Positions 14,500 to 28,834 of a stretch of DNA of 64,000 bases are shown piece by piece. Both the position numbers and the translations under genes were made by a program. This DNA is from Prorocentrum cordatum (Eukaryota). The stretch is from contig CAUYUJ010000281.1 of assembly GCA_963575745.1 (NCBI GenBank), forward strand, positions 248,001 to 312,000, written 5' to 3'. The notes below the pieces were generated by a model, which worked only from the letters and a program-made list of their open reading frames with translations, had not been told where the DNA came from and searched no databases. Numbering within the stretch: the stretch's first letter is position 1; each line of letters begins with the position of its first letter.

Positions 14500-16480
14500 T
14501 AAAGCTACTTAACTTAACCATCCCTCGGGCTCTTCTGCCTGGCTGCCCTCTCGCAACAGCGCCGTCGCCGACCCTCGATCGCGCCTTCTGAATCGCTTCC
14601 TCGCGACGCCCAGACGCATCGGCAACCGCCGCCGTCGAGGAAAATATGCGTCTGGGGCGACATGCATTGCTGTTCTGATCCAGGCCCTCGACTACCTCCC
14701 ACCGGTGCCTCAAATATCTCCCAAACTTGCCCACGTGCGACACAGCCTTTGGGGGCCGCCTGGATCTCGATCATCTCTATCGCGAACCCCTGGCACATAG
14801 CGCCCGCGTTGATCAAATACTATTTGCATGTCTTTCAAAGAAATACCGCTTGCACGATGTGCTCGATGGCGAATGCACCCCCCCGCGGAGACTTGGCGCC
14901 GGACGAGGTCGCGGGCCGCGAAGCGCCGCAAACGCCCAATGACAGACGCCTGGGCAAATCGACCTTGGATCCGAAGTGGTAGTTCCGACGCGCCCAATTG
15001 ATGACGCAGATCCACCCGAACTCTCGACGCGGCCCGGGCGCGCGCGGCTGCGCCCCCCGCCCGCCGCCCGAGTGCACCCAACCTCTGGATGCGCAAGCTG
15101 AATGGTGGGAACCTGGGGGCAGCTACTGACTGGGATCGCATGTTCCAGCCCTAAGACACTCGTCTTTGACAGGGCGCGCCCCCCGGCGCGATCTCCGAGC
15201 ACCTTGCGCGCTCGGCCCTCCGCGGTCCGAAGCGTGGGCGATGTCGCTCGCGCCGAAGTGTCGCCCGCGAGCCCCGTCGCGCCGCGCCGCCAATTGGCCC
15301 CGCGACCGAGAGATCAACGTAAAGACGAGGTTTGACTTCAACTCGACGCCAGATGGGGCATGGTGGAGAATCCTCAGGGACACGTTCCGATGCGTCCAAG
15401 CGCTGGCGCACCCATCTCGCGGGCCTCGCCGGAAAAGGCGCGGATCGGACTGGCCGACGTGCGTCTTCATGTGGCCCGTCGCCCCTCCACGTAGACGCCG
15501 AACAACTGCGGCGACGCTGGGTGGCAAACCTTCCTTTTTTCAAAGCTCGCCACAGGGGCTCTCGAGGAGCAGAGGGGCGGGCACTATTGATCTCCACCGG
15601 GCGCAAGATGGCCCGCTACTCCTGCATATGCTGGTGGGCCGCGCGCCTGCAAATTCTGCCTATGGTTCCAAATGTTCTCTCTCTGGTACGCCGCGCGCCG
15701 CGAAGGAAGGCGCCGCCCCCGCAGTGCACGTGGCTCGCGCGCAATTCTGGCAGCAACAACCGCGCCCCCGGTAGATCGCCCTCGCTGGACGCTCCGCCGC
15801 TCCTGCTCGAAGAAAGAAGAACTCTCAACGGATCGCTCTGCGCTCGACTGCCAGCCGCGCCAGGATGCGCGCGCTCATGCTCGACGACCGTAGACCGCGA
15901 TAAATATTCCGGTCCTGCCTCGCTCTTCTTTCAAATAAAACGTCGGATCGATCGCCGCGTGAGCTGATTCGCCCCAACGAGGCCGCGGGCCGCTTGCTTT
16001 TGCTTCCAGCCGCATTCTGCGCGCAGGATCGCGGGCAGTCCTCTGCTCCGCCGTCGGGGCATTTCTTATCGCACCGATGACGTCCTCGCCCCTGCCGGCT
16101 GCAGACGCGCGCGCGTTCCCGCTGGTCTCCTGGAGCTCATCGAAGCTGGGGGCCGCGTCCAAGTCGGGGCTCGCCTCTCGCTGAGACAAGTCGCTGGATG
16201 CGTCGATGGCGGGCGCGGCCACTTCCGCGCCAACGTTCTCGCAGCGTTTCTCGCAGTCCTCCGGTTCCATGTGCTCTACATCTTCGACCGAATCAGCACT
16301 GACATAAATGCGATGCCCTCGCTTGAAAGAGTCGTACTTCCCCGTCCCGCGGTGGGCTACCGAGCGATCGAGCTGTCTGCGAAGGTCGCCAATCGCCTCC
16401 CCTGTCAACATCTCCCCCAATTGCCGCTCCGCCCGCTCCACCGCGTGACCGTCTGGCGCTCGGCCGGGGCACCTGCTCCC
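14500..16480 (-). pseudogene. highly decayed Ty1/copia pol fragments (integrase tail, RT, possible RNase H)
   Basis: GHAVERAERQLGEM (integrase ER motif); GDLPGARLLLPELRA (RSRLVAxE-like); HMQE*RAILRPVEI; WRALKKGRF; GQSDPRLF, in copia order. Confidence 0.55.
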
Positions 16481-16849
16481 ACTATCTGCTTGCCCTTCAA
16501 GACATCTGGCTCGCGTTTCCAACGAACGGGCAGACCGCAAAGCCGGTGGCCGCGACCAAATGCCGCTGCTGCTGCCGCCGTGGAAATACTCGCCGCTTCC
16601 CTGTAAGTAGGTCCCGCTTTCTTCTCGCAAGACTGGATCCGATGCTGCTGCAGATGTAGAGCCCCCTCTCGTCGCTCTCGCGCCGATCTCCATCTCAGCT
16701 GAGGCTCTGGATCAGCCTTGGTGACCTGCGCGCCCGCGGGGTTAAATTTGCCTTGGCGATCGCGCGGCGCGAGCTCCACGGGCGATAATCGCCTCCACGG
16801 CGACGGCGAGCGCCATTTCTTCGCCGCGTCGTGATAGGATGTTCCACGG

Positions 16850-17560
16850 TGCGCCAGCTGAAGGCTGGAATCCACGTGCGCGAGTCCCTCCCTCTCGCCA
16901 AAATCCTGCGACTGCTGCGACATGGCCGAAGCCGGAACACGCGTCGTAAACTTGCCAATGGAGCCGTTGCCGCGGTCGGCCTCGCCGATGATGATGTTGT
17001 CCCCCGACCTCTTCGTTTTCCCGAACAGTGGTCCGCCCCTTCGCCTGGTTTCTGGTGAGTAGGAACACAATGAGATACAATGATCTAGCTCTGCTCTCTC
17101 AACCTGGTCTTCAAGCCGAGCCACCGGACGGAGTCGGAAGCGACGCAATTTTCTGACCCAGCTCGTTACCACTTCGTAATCATGCGCCAAGACCAGATAA
17201 TCGCATCTTTGCCACTCATTAACACCGTGTACTCATCGAGTTCAACAATCAAAAGCTGCACCTTCTCTTGATGCAACCACGTGGGGCCTGTGATGTCGTT
17301 GAGAAAGGGGATGTGGCATTTCTCCGGTCTGAGCTTCTCAACGATATGGGTCAATCCGGACATGCTCTCGCTTGTGCGGCCATGCGCACCTCGCCAGGGG
17401 TGGTCTGCGCGTTGCAAGCGTGCCACTTGTGCCGCAGCCGAAAGGCTCTCCCAGTAGAGACGGGGGAAGCCCAGCTCGTCATGTCCTCGGCATCGGATGA
17501 CTGCGGTACACGTTCAAACCCGCCATGAAGTGCTTGGATACGGGAAGCTGTACTCAAATC
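16850..17560 (-). pseudogene. second decayed Ty1/copia RT fragment
   Basis: QLLIVELDEYTVLMSG (KxxYGL-like region), ERAELDHCI (DPC motif), GDNIIIG (VDD-like), KFTTRVP...QDFGERE (thumb). Confidence 0.5.
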
Positions 17561-17699
17561 GCACCAAGCTGTACCATGGTATCAAGAACAGACTGATGCA
17601 TATGCAGAGAACGTACGAAGGCGCCCCCTTGCTCACCATGTAGAAGTAGAGGCCCGCTAGAGTACGGGAATTGGGGCCTCGGCCAGCTCGTGGACCAGG

Positions 17700-18140
17700 T
17701 CCGTCAGCTCCTGTGTCAAGCGTTGCTCCTCGGCTTCTGCCGCCTGTGCTGTTTACCCCGCCCAGGACAATGCCCCCCTCGCCTTAGGGGTGCGTTTCTC
17801 GGGGAGCTCGAGGGCGTCGTTGCAATTGTCCCCGCGTTCGCCCAGGGGCTTGTCCGAGATCAGCGCTCGTTTGTGCCGGGCCACTTGCTTGACGATCCTG
17901 GTGAAGAGCTCCTGGTGCTCGAGCCCCCTGCTGAGGGATGGGCGCCGCCTCGAGTTGCTTCATCTGGGCCTGCCGCTGGGCATCAGTCAGGTCGCCGGAT
18001 GCTGAAGGTGGCGCCCATGGCGCTGCCGTGCTCGGAGGTGCCGTAGTGGGCTGGCTGGCAACCGCGAAGAGCCGTGCCGCCACTTCCTGCTGAAGGGGCA
18101 GAGTGGCGTCGGCCAGTGAGGGCTGGCCCAACTGGGGCTT
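17700..18140 (-). pseudogene. possible LINE ORF1 coiled-coil fragment
   Basis: QMKQLEAA...ELFTRIVKQVARHKRALISDKPLGER resembles the ELKAARAEVQSKKPVLSR segment of ORF1 at 43242-44399. Confidence 0.35.
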
Positions 18141-18163
18141 CAATGTCTTCTTGACTTCTTGAA

Positions 18164-18201
<38 letters not shown>

Positions 18202-19702
18202 GGATGATGATGATGATGATGAGGATGATTCTGATGACGATGATGGGGATGGCGAAGCTATGCTGATTTTTTGATTGAGGATGCTGATGACGATGACGAT
18301 GGCGATGCCGATGTTGATGATGATGATGATGATGATGATGATGCTGATGATGATGCTGATGATGATGATGCTGCTGGAGATGCTAATGATACTGATCATG
18401 ATGCTGATGTCGACCATGGTAACGATGAGGAGGGAGGAGGAAAACAATATAGGGGGCATTCTTGGGGGTTGCTGGTGGCTTCCAATCGAAGTTTTCGGAG
18501 TTTCCGGAGGGGCAATCATCATTCTCCTCCTCATCCCTCTCCTCCTGAGGTGCCGCGGACAACAGTTTAGAAGAAGGCGACGAAAAAACGAAGAAGCCCA
18601 CAGAGGAGCGGTGGAAGGGTCAGTGGATGAGTGCGGCCGAACGCATTCGGCGACAAAATGGGAGTCCTAGCTAGGCATTGGCATCGGAGTGCGAGAGCAA
18701 GCCAGGAGCAACCCAGGCAGGCAGGGGGGCGAACTCGTCATCCGCGCCGCTCGCCGTCGGCGGGAAGAGGGTGCGCGCCATCGGCGACGCCGGGATGCCC
18801 CGCGCCAGGCTCGTCTCGAACGAATTGTTGAACGCGCCCCGCCGGGTCGGCGGCGGCACGAACGGCAGCGAGAAACAGCCTGCCAATACAGCGCACCCGC
18901 ACTGCACGGGGAGAGACTGCTCGCCATCGGCGGCGCTCGCAGGGGCCGAAGGCGGGGCAGGCGCGAGGGTGCGGGGGGCTCTCTCCGCGGCCCCGTGGCT
19001 GGCGAAGACTGCAGCGAAGGGCTGTGCCAACTGCGGGGGCGGGCGTGCGGCGCCGCAGCCCTCAGTGCGCATCCTCGACGAAACCTTCTTGCAGATGAGG
19101 GTCGGAGGAGGAACAGGTACCCATGCAGTCACCATTCTTTTGTTCCCCTTGTGTCTGCTTCCTTTTTTGGGGCCTCCTGGGAGGCCCGCGTCGCCGCCGC
19201 CGGATGCGCCCCGAAGCCCTTGTCAAAAAACGCACCTGGGGAGAGGTCCGGGGAGCAGCGCTATCGGCACCTTTCTGGGGCTCCCCGGGCGGATGGCGTG
19301 GTCTCTGAGGCTGGTGTGCTGGTTCTCTGGCCGCCTGCGGCAGCATTCCGGAGAGGGCTGGCGGCCCGCTGGAGACTGCGCGCCCGCTGCCACGGGGTGC
19401 GCGGGCCACTGTCTGGGCCCGGGGGCGTCGAGCCTGTGCACGGTCGGGGCGGCGGGAGCGGAGCTCCAGACGAGGGCGGCGGACAGGGCAACGGACTGGG
19501 AGGGGCTGCGGGAGTGGGTGGGGGGAGGGGGGAGGGGCGAGAGAGGGAAGGGGATACGTAGGCGAGGAGGGGGGAGGCAGCGGAGGGGGAGGCGGACCGG
19601 GGAGATGACGAGGGAAGCGATGGGAGAGCGTGTGAGGATCGAGGATGTCCGAGGAGACGAGGGGATCGAGAGAAGGAGAGAGAAGGAGAGAGAAGGAGAG
19701 AG

Positions 19703-19751
<49 letters not shown>

Positions 19752-19981
19752 GAGAGCGAGCGATCCCCGCGCAGAGCCCCGCGATGGCCACGGTGCGCCG
19801 ACGTGTGAGAGCGTGCCCCCGCTCGGCCCCTGCGAGGGAAGCGCGCCGCGCGGAGCACGCTCGCCCGTGCCGGCCGGCCTTGAGGCCCACGAGGGAGCGG
19901 GCGAGCGGCGGCCAGAGGCGTTTGTGCGGCACGTTGGGGCCACACCATGTGTTTTGTTGTTGTTGCTGTTTTTGAGTTCGG

Positions 19982-20162
19982 AGGCCTAGAGATTGGCACC
20001 AACACCTCCACAGGGGGAAGATGAGCCTAGATCTTCGGCGTTGGTGGTAAGAGTTCGGCCACCTTGGAAGCCAGAATATTGCCACCATGACCGAGATCGG
20101 GATCTCCTTCCCTCGGTGGAGGCACACCGCCGAAATTGGTGTTGGTGTTAATCTCTAGGCCT
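19982..20162. mobile_element. MITE with 25-bp TIR
   Basis: aggcctagagattggcaccaacacc / ggtgttggtgttaatctctaggcct (2 mismatches). Confidence 0.7.
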
Positions 20163-20509
20163 GCGATGATTCGCGGGTCGAGAGCGCACCTCTTCCAGTC
20201 GAAGCTGAGCGGGCCGCGCGCAGCTTGCATTACGAAGAGAAAGGGGGAGGAGAAGGGGGGCGCAGCCTCGGAACGAGGCCGGGAGGAGGCAAAGCCGCAA
20301 CACACATAACTCTAGAACAACGGAAAAGGCTCCGCCTGCCCCAGCGAGCACCAGGGCGCCATCGCCGCCGTCAGCGGCGCACGCCGCGCGCGCCACTGGC
20401 CCGCTGCCGCCAAGGGCCTCGATATGCAGTACAGGCGCAACTCGGGAAACGCGTGCTTGACATCCATGTAGAAGTCCTTAGCGGGGGCGGGGGAGGAGGG
20501 AGGAGGAGG

Positions 20510-20770
20510 AGGGATTAGGAGGAGGAGGGATTGGGAGGAGAAGGGATTCGGAGAGAGAGGAGGAGAAGAGGAGGAGGAGGAGGAGAGGAGGAGGAGGAGG
20601 AGGAGGAGGAGGAGGAGGAGGGAGGAGGAGGAGGAGGAGGAGGAAGGAGGAGGAGGAGGAGGAGGAGGAGGAGGGAGGAGGAGGAGAGGAGGAGAGGAGG
20701 AGGAGGGATTAGAAGGAGGAGGAGGAGGAGGAGGAGGAGGAGGAAAAGGACGAGAAGGAGGGATTAGGAA
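20510..20770. repeat. (GAG)n microsatellite
   Basis: Direct inspection. Confidence 0.9.
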
Positions 20771-20935
20771 CACTGAGATGTTTGCACGATTCCGCATCGT
20801 TTCGGGCCTCTTGAGGCTCCTGGGGAGCTCAAGGTACCTCCGTCGGGGCGGACGGTCTGGCGGGGCGTGGGGGGGCCTGCTTGCGGGGCTGAAGCCAGCT
20901 GCGTGCAACGAGAGTGCGTCTTACCAGTGAATTGA

Positions 20936-22890
20936 GTCAACAGCGTAGTGTCAACAGCGCAGTGTCAACACCGTAGCGCCAACAGCGTGGTGTCAACAGC
21001 GTAGTATCAACAGCGCAATGTCAACAGCGCAGGGTCAACAGCGTGGTGTCAAAAGCGTAGTGTCAACAGCGCAGTGTCTACAGCGCAATGTAAAACAGCG
21101 TGCTGTCAACAACGTCGTGTCAAACGCGTAGAGTCAAAAGCGTATTATCAACAGCGTAGTGCCAACAGCGCAGCGTCAACAGCGTAGTGCGCACAGCGTA
21201 GCTTCAACAGCGTAGTGTCAACAACGTGGTGTCAACAACGTGGTGTCAACACCGCAGTGTCAACAGCGTAGTGTCAACAGCGTAGTGTCAACAGCGCAAC
21301 GTCAACAGTGCAGCGTCAAGCGTGCAGGGTCATAAGCGCAGTGCCAACAGCGTGGTGTGAACACCGTAGTGTGAACAGCGTAGTGTCAAACGTGTAGTGC
21401 CGACAGCGTTATGTCAACAGCGTAGTGCCAACAGCGTAGCGTCAACATCGTAGTGTCAATAACGTAGTGTCAAGAGCGTCGTGTCCACAACGTAGTGTCG
21501 ACAGCGTCGTGTCAACAGCGTAAGTTGAACAGCGCCGTGTCAACAACGTAGTGTCAACAGCGCAGGGTCAACAGCGTAGTGTCAACAGCGTAGTGTCAAC
21601 AGCGCAGTGCCAACATCGTCGTGTCAACAGCGTACTGTCAGCAGCGTCGTGTCAACGGCGTAGCGTCAACAGCGTAGTGTCAACAGCGTAGAGTCAACAA
21701 CGTGGTGTCAACAGCGTAGTGTCAACAGCGTCGTGCCAACAACGTAGTGTCAACAGCGCAGTGCCAGCAGCGTAGTGTCAACAGAGCAGTGTCAACATCG
21801 CACTGTCAACAGCGTAGTGTCAGAAACGTAGTGTCAACAGCGCAGTGTCGACAGCGCAGTGTCAACAGCGCAGTGTCAACAACGCAGGGCCAACAGCGTA
21901 GTGTCAACATCTCCGTGCCAACAGCGTAGTTTCAACAGTGCAGTGTCAACAGCGTAGTGTCAAAGATAGGGGCGTAGAGCCGCTCCTCTGAATGCCGACA
22001 GCGTAGCGTCAACAGCGCAATGTCAGAGATAGGAGCGTAGTTCCGCTTCTCTGAAGGCGAACTGCGTAGTGTCAACAGCGCAGAATCAGAGATAGGGTCG
22101 TAGATCTGCTCCTCTTGATGCCAACAGCGTAGTGTCAACAGCGCAGTGTCAGAGATAGGGCCGTAAATCTGCTCCTCTGAATGCCGACAGCGTAGGTGTC
22201 AACAGCGCAGTGCCAGAGAAAGGAGCGTAGAGCATCCCCTCTCAGCGCAGCGTCAGAAATGGGAGCGTCGAACATATCCTCTCAGCGTGGTGTCAGAGAC
22301 AGCAGCGTAGAGCATATCCTCTCAGCGTAGCGTCAGAGACAGGAGCGTAGAACATACCCCCTTAATGCCAACAGCGTAGCGTCAGAGACAGAAGCGTAGA
22401 GCATCTCCTCTCGCATCTCCACTGGATGCCAACAGCTTAGTGTCAGAGACACGAGCGCAGAGCATCTCCTCCTGCGTCTCCTCTTAATGCCAACCGCGTA
22501 ATGTCAGAAAAAGGAGCGTAAAGCATTTCCTCTTGCATCCTAATGCCAACAGCGTAGTGTCAGCAGCGTGGTGTCAGAGACAGGAGCGTAGAGCATCTCC
22601 TCTTGCATCTGAATGCCAACAGCGTCGCGTCAACAGCGAAGTGTCAACAGCGTAGTGTCAACAGCGTAGTGTCCACAGCGTAGTGACAACAGCGTAGTGT
22701 GAACAGCGTAGTGTTCATTCACTCGGGGCTACGTGTCAACAGCGTAGTGTCAACAACATAGTGTTAATTGACCCGGGTTTACGTAGTGTCAACAGCGTAA
22801 TGTCAACAGCGTAGTGCTAATTCACTCGGGGTTACGTCGTGTCAACAGCGAAGTGTTAATTCACTCGGGGTTACATAGTGCCAACACTGT
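20936..22890. repeat. 14-bp tandem satellite (GTCAACAGCGTAGT) with derived longer units distally
   Basis: Roughly 70 contiguous 14-mers to ~21960; then units with an AGAGATAGGAGCGTAGAGCATCTCCTCT-type block; then a TTAATTCACTCGGGGTTAC block. Confidence 0.95.
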
Positions 22891-23699
22891 GAAATGATAC
22901 ATTTCACTGTTAAGAGATCCGTTGGCACGCATCAGATTTCGAGCACCCCCTCTTCCTCCCTCCCCTCTACAACTGCACACCGATCCCTGTGTGCAACACG
23001 CCCGTGCCCCATAGAATGACCTCGGCGTCGACACCCCCGCAGCAAGAGGAGGCCAGTTCCCGTCGGCTCGGGGGCTGCGCTGCTGGAACCGTGAGGCAGG
23101 CAAAAGGGGGCGCCCTGACCGGTAGTGAATGTTACTTCTGGTAACGGTCGTTGCCCGAGGGAGGGCGGGGTTTGGGGCCGTCGGGGCGGCGTGGGGCATC
23201 TCGGGGCGGGGTGCGCTGCGATCGCCATAGTAACATAGGATATGCGCGAGCGCCAGCATGTGGACGTACGATCGTTACCGTTTCCCGGGGGGAGGGGGGG
23301 GGGTTGGCCCGGGTAGCGACCATTACGCGCCGGAGGATAAGCAAAAAAAGCCTACGATCACCAAAACGCACATGACGGGCAACCACCATAAGCAGGGCCC
23401 TGCGGGCTTCTGCCACGCGACGTCGCGGGTTAAGGTTTCATCTGTCGCCGCGTGGGCCGCACAGTACGAAGACCTCGGGACGCGAGGGCCTGGCGGGCTC
23501 CTGCCACCCGACGGCGAGGACTCAAGCTCTTCTCGACTACACGCAAAAATTGACCCTCGGAAAGAGTGACCTTTGGTGCGCGGCTCCACGCAAGCGCGAC
23601 GGGCCCAAATCCGAGAGCGCGGGCCAGTGCTCGGGCCACCCCTGTGAGCCCGCACCAAAGGTCTCTCCAGCAGAAGGTCTCTGGGCGGCGAGCCCAGGG

Positions 23700-23850
23700 G
23701 AAGTGAGAAGGGCGAAGGCCTTCTCAGAAGGCTCGGAAGTCCCCCGGCCTTCTGACAAGTTTCCGGGGTCCCTGCAGACACAGAAAACTTCTTGGAAGGT
23801 CGGAGGGCTTCTGAGAAGTCCCGCCGCCTTCTGAAAAAGGCCTTCTCTTC
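23700..23850. repeat. dispersed repeat/MITE (second copy ~50095-50230)
   Basis: Shared gagaagg...ccttc.cagaaggctcggaagtccc...aagtcccgccgcct. Confidence 0.6.
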
Positions 23851-24366
23851 CTCCATTCCCACCCCCGCTTGCCCGCCGTCGATCTTGCGCGTACGGCAAG
23901 TTCGTGTCGTGTCGACCTGGGCGCTGGTTCCTGACACCGCCGGGATCGTTCAACCTTGATTGATCGGCCGTTCCCGCAACGTCCAATCGTTCAACATCAA
24001 CCGATTCGAGGCCGCCACCCGCAGTAAACGTGGAACGTCGGCGGCGGAGTCGCCGCCAGTTCGACACGACGCGAACGTAACCGATTCTTGCCGCCGCGAC
24101 GCAGCCGCCCGGTCTGCGGAGGGGTCGGGTCGCTCAAGGGCCGCAAGGGCCCCTCGGTCTTCCGTGCCCGCGCCCGCGCTGCCGCCCCGCGGAGGCGGCA
24201 CGGACCTGCTCGCACCCTTGCCCAGGGCGCAGATCCGGGCCTCTCCGTGACCGTCTGGGAGGCCCCCCGATCGCAGGGGGATGCTGGCGTACCGGCCGGA
24301 CCGAGCCTGATCCATGGGGTGGGGGAATCGCCGCAGGGGGTGCGCGATCGACTGGATTGATGCCGC

Positions 24367-25970
<1,604 letters not shown>

Positions 25971-26343
25971 CGCTCATGGCGGTCGCAGCCACGCGCGCGG
26001 CGACGAGGCGGAGTAAGGCGAAAGCAGCGGCACCGCGGGCGCGCGGCGGGGACCTCGAGCGGGATCGTCTGGATCGCTTGGCCGCAGGCACCTTCCCAGG
26101 CAACGGCAGCCACAGCCATCCCGGCGTGGATGGCAGCAGTGTGGGCAATATTTATATCCAGATCCACTGCGTCTTGGACTTTCTTGGAAGGGGCGCCGCA
26201 AGGCCGAGGCGCACTGCATATGGACAACAATTGAGCCTTTCGGAGGCAGATTATAATCCATATTCAGAGCCTCTCATGTTTCTTGGGAAGAGAATCCGGA
26301 ACTCCGGGACGCACTGGATGTGGATAAAGACACTGCCCGCAAG

Positions 26344-26485
26344 CAGGGCTGACCCTAAACGGTCTTTTCCATTTTCGCTGTTTTCGTTTTCCCTCGTTTT
26401 GGCTTCAATTCGCCTTGACCGCACAAAGAAGTCGAAACGAAAACGGCCCGCGAAGTCGCCCAAACACCGTTTAGGTCCAGCCATG
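26344..26485. mobile_element. hAT-type MITE, same family as 2924-3069 (no TSD visible)
   Basis: cagggctgaccctaaacggt ... accgtttaggtccagccatg, colinear with the 2924 copy. Confidence 0.7.
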
Positions 26486-28834
26486 GATGGCAGGGAGGTG
26501 CAGGACGCTGCCCGCCACCGGAACGCCACGAAGTGTTCGCAGCGCGAGCAGGTGGGCGGCAGCACATACCGACCAGGCGTGGTCGGCGGGCAGGAGAAGC
26601 CAACACTGCGCAGCACGGGCGTCCTGCTTGGCACCAGCATGGGCGGGGGTAAGTACAGGGGCGACACAGTCAACCCGTACAGTAAGGATGCGCGAGAAGG
26701 GTGCAAGGCCCTTGGAAGCCCATTTCGACTTTCTCGAGAAGGGCGCGGCCAACGAAAGTGGCCAAGGATGCTGACTGTACGACGCCGAATCTTTCTTCGT
26801 CAGCGGCGATACGGCGAACTCCGTTACAGCGAATAGCTAGAAAGGGACGCTAACTAGCGAATTGGACGGCGGGCGTGGAGGGGGGGACGGCTGAGAGAAA
26901 GAAGGGACGCTCAAACGTCGAAGAGTTCGACGATGAGCAGCCGGGGGGGGGGCAGCAGCAGCCTGCAGGCGCGCAGGGCCAGAGCGCGGTGGGCGGCCGT
27001 GGCGAACCACGGTGGCAAGGGTGGCGGGAGGGAGGCTGCCAGCAGCTGGAGCTGGAACGACGCCGAAACAAGGTGGCAGCGGAAACGGAGGCAGGGACCG
27101 CTGGCAGGGACCGACCAGGGAGGGAGGACGCTTCTGAAACGGAGCGCCAGTTCTGGAGCCCGACGAGACGGGGGCAGGCTCCGAGGCCCCAGAAGCCGCG
27201 GCGAGGAGCACGTCCGCCGGTAGGGACCAGACGAACTGGCTCAGGTCGGGCGTTGGCAGAACTGGGTTGAGTGGAACCTGGTTTAGTGATTTGTACCGGG
27301 GTCGCACCCCCGCCCCATTTCCACTAACCGGAACTGCCATCACCCGGAAAACACCAGTTACGGCAACACCCGTGAATCTGGCCAATTGAAGGGGCCCCAG
27401 GGCCCTACCACTGACCGGGTCCTCTTACCCGAGGTCCTGGCTATACCCGATCAGGAAAGTCCTGAGGGCCAGCGGAGTGCCTGGCGAGCCCCGCAGCCGG
27501 CGCGTGCTGAGTGGCCCCCATGCGCCAGGTCGCGCTGACGCAGCCCGTATTCGCCAGGTCGCGCGCGGCGACGGGGAAGGCAGCGTCCAGAAGGGTGGAA
27601 CAGCCTGGGAGAAAGCAGAGCCAGGCGCTCGTCGCCAGCGGCAGCGCAGGCGACGGCCACGGTCGCCTGTCCAGCGGTGGGCCTCTGATGATGATGATGA
27701 TGAGGAGGAGGAGGAGGAGGAGGAGGCGGAGGAGGAGGAGGAGGAGGAGGAGGAGGAGGACTAGAGGAGGACGAGGAGGAGGAGGAGGAGAAGGAGAGGA
27801 GGAGGAGAGAGGAGGAGGAGGAGGCGGAGGAGGAGGAGGAGGAGGAGGTCCGCCGACCGCGGCCGGGCATTGGCGGTGGCGGGGCCCTGCGCGCGCCGAT
27901 GGCGTGCTGGGGCGTGGGCGCACCTCGGGGGCAGGGGCAGGGCCGGTGCTGCGGGACGGCGGGCGACGCGCACCTGGGGCCGGCTGGCTCATTACTCCCG
28001 GGCCGGCCGCGGGTCGTGGGCCTGGGGGGCGGCCTCGTGGCCGCCAGAGGCCTGCGGGGAGCGAGGGGAGGCCAACGGGAGGAGGGCCCGAAGCTGCGGG
28101 GCCCGTCGCGGCTCGCATCGTGCCAGGCGGTCCTGAGCGGGGAGTGCTCGGCGCTCGCGGGGGGTGCGGGCTCCCTGGACCGGGGGCCGGCCACCACCGC
28201 GGGGGCGGGTCGGCGGGGAGCAGGGGGGGCGTCGCGCCTGACGAGGCGGAAGCCCCCCCCTGGCGGCACCCAAGGTGCGTCGTGCGACAGGCGCTGGCGC
28301 GTCGGGAGACGTGCCAACAAACCGCCCGCACCTGCACGGGTGTGGTCTCGGAGATCCAACGCCGCGCTCTTTTGAACATGGGGTCCCCGGAAGTCTCGAC
28401 CCATTCCCCAGGACCGTTTTTTCCTCCTGAGCCGTTTTTTGACGGCCCCGGGGCCCAGCGAGGGTCCCTATGGAGGCCGAGCACGGCGCAAAACCACCGT
28501 CTTGACTCTTCCACTCCGCTGGATCTCTGGGGAGGGGAGCCCCGCGCGAAGAGAAGGGCGCCGGCGGTACACGTGACGGGGCAGAGCGCCGGGAGATGAA
28601 CCAGCCATCCTCAGGCCACGCGTCGCCGGGGGGGCTGCCACCCGCCGGGCCCGGCGCGCTGAGGAGGCGCGGAAGGCCTCTCGGGGGCTGCGGCGACCCA
28701 CATCGGCCTGCGGGGGCGCCCGGGCCCCCACGCGTCGACCACCGTTGGCGAGAGCGGGGGCCCGGCAGTCGCGTTAAAATCAGGGCTTGCCCAGGTCGGC
28801 GGCGCAGAGGAGGAGATTCCACCACCCCTGCGTG

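Noticed and set aside
20936..22890. Possible CRISPR array
   Set aside because: Units are contiguous 14-mers, and inserted blocks repeat rather than being unique spacers; no cas genes; eukaryotic context.
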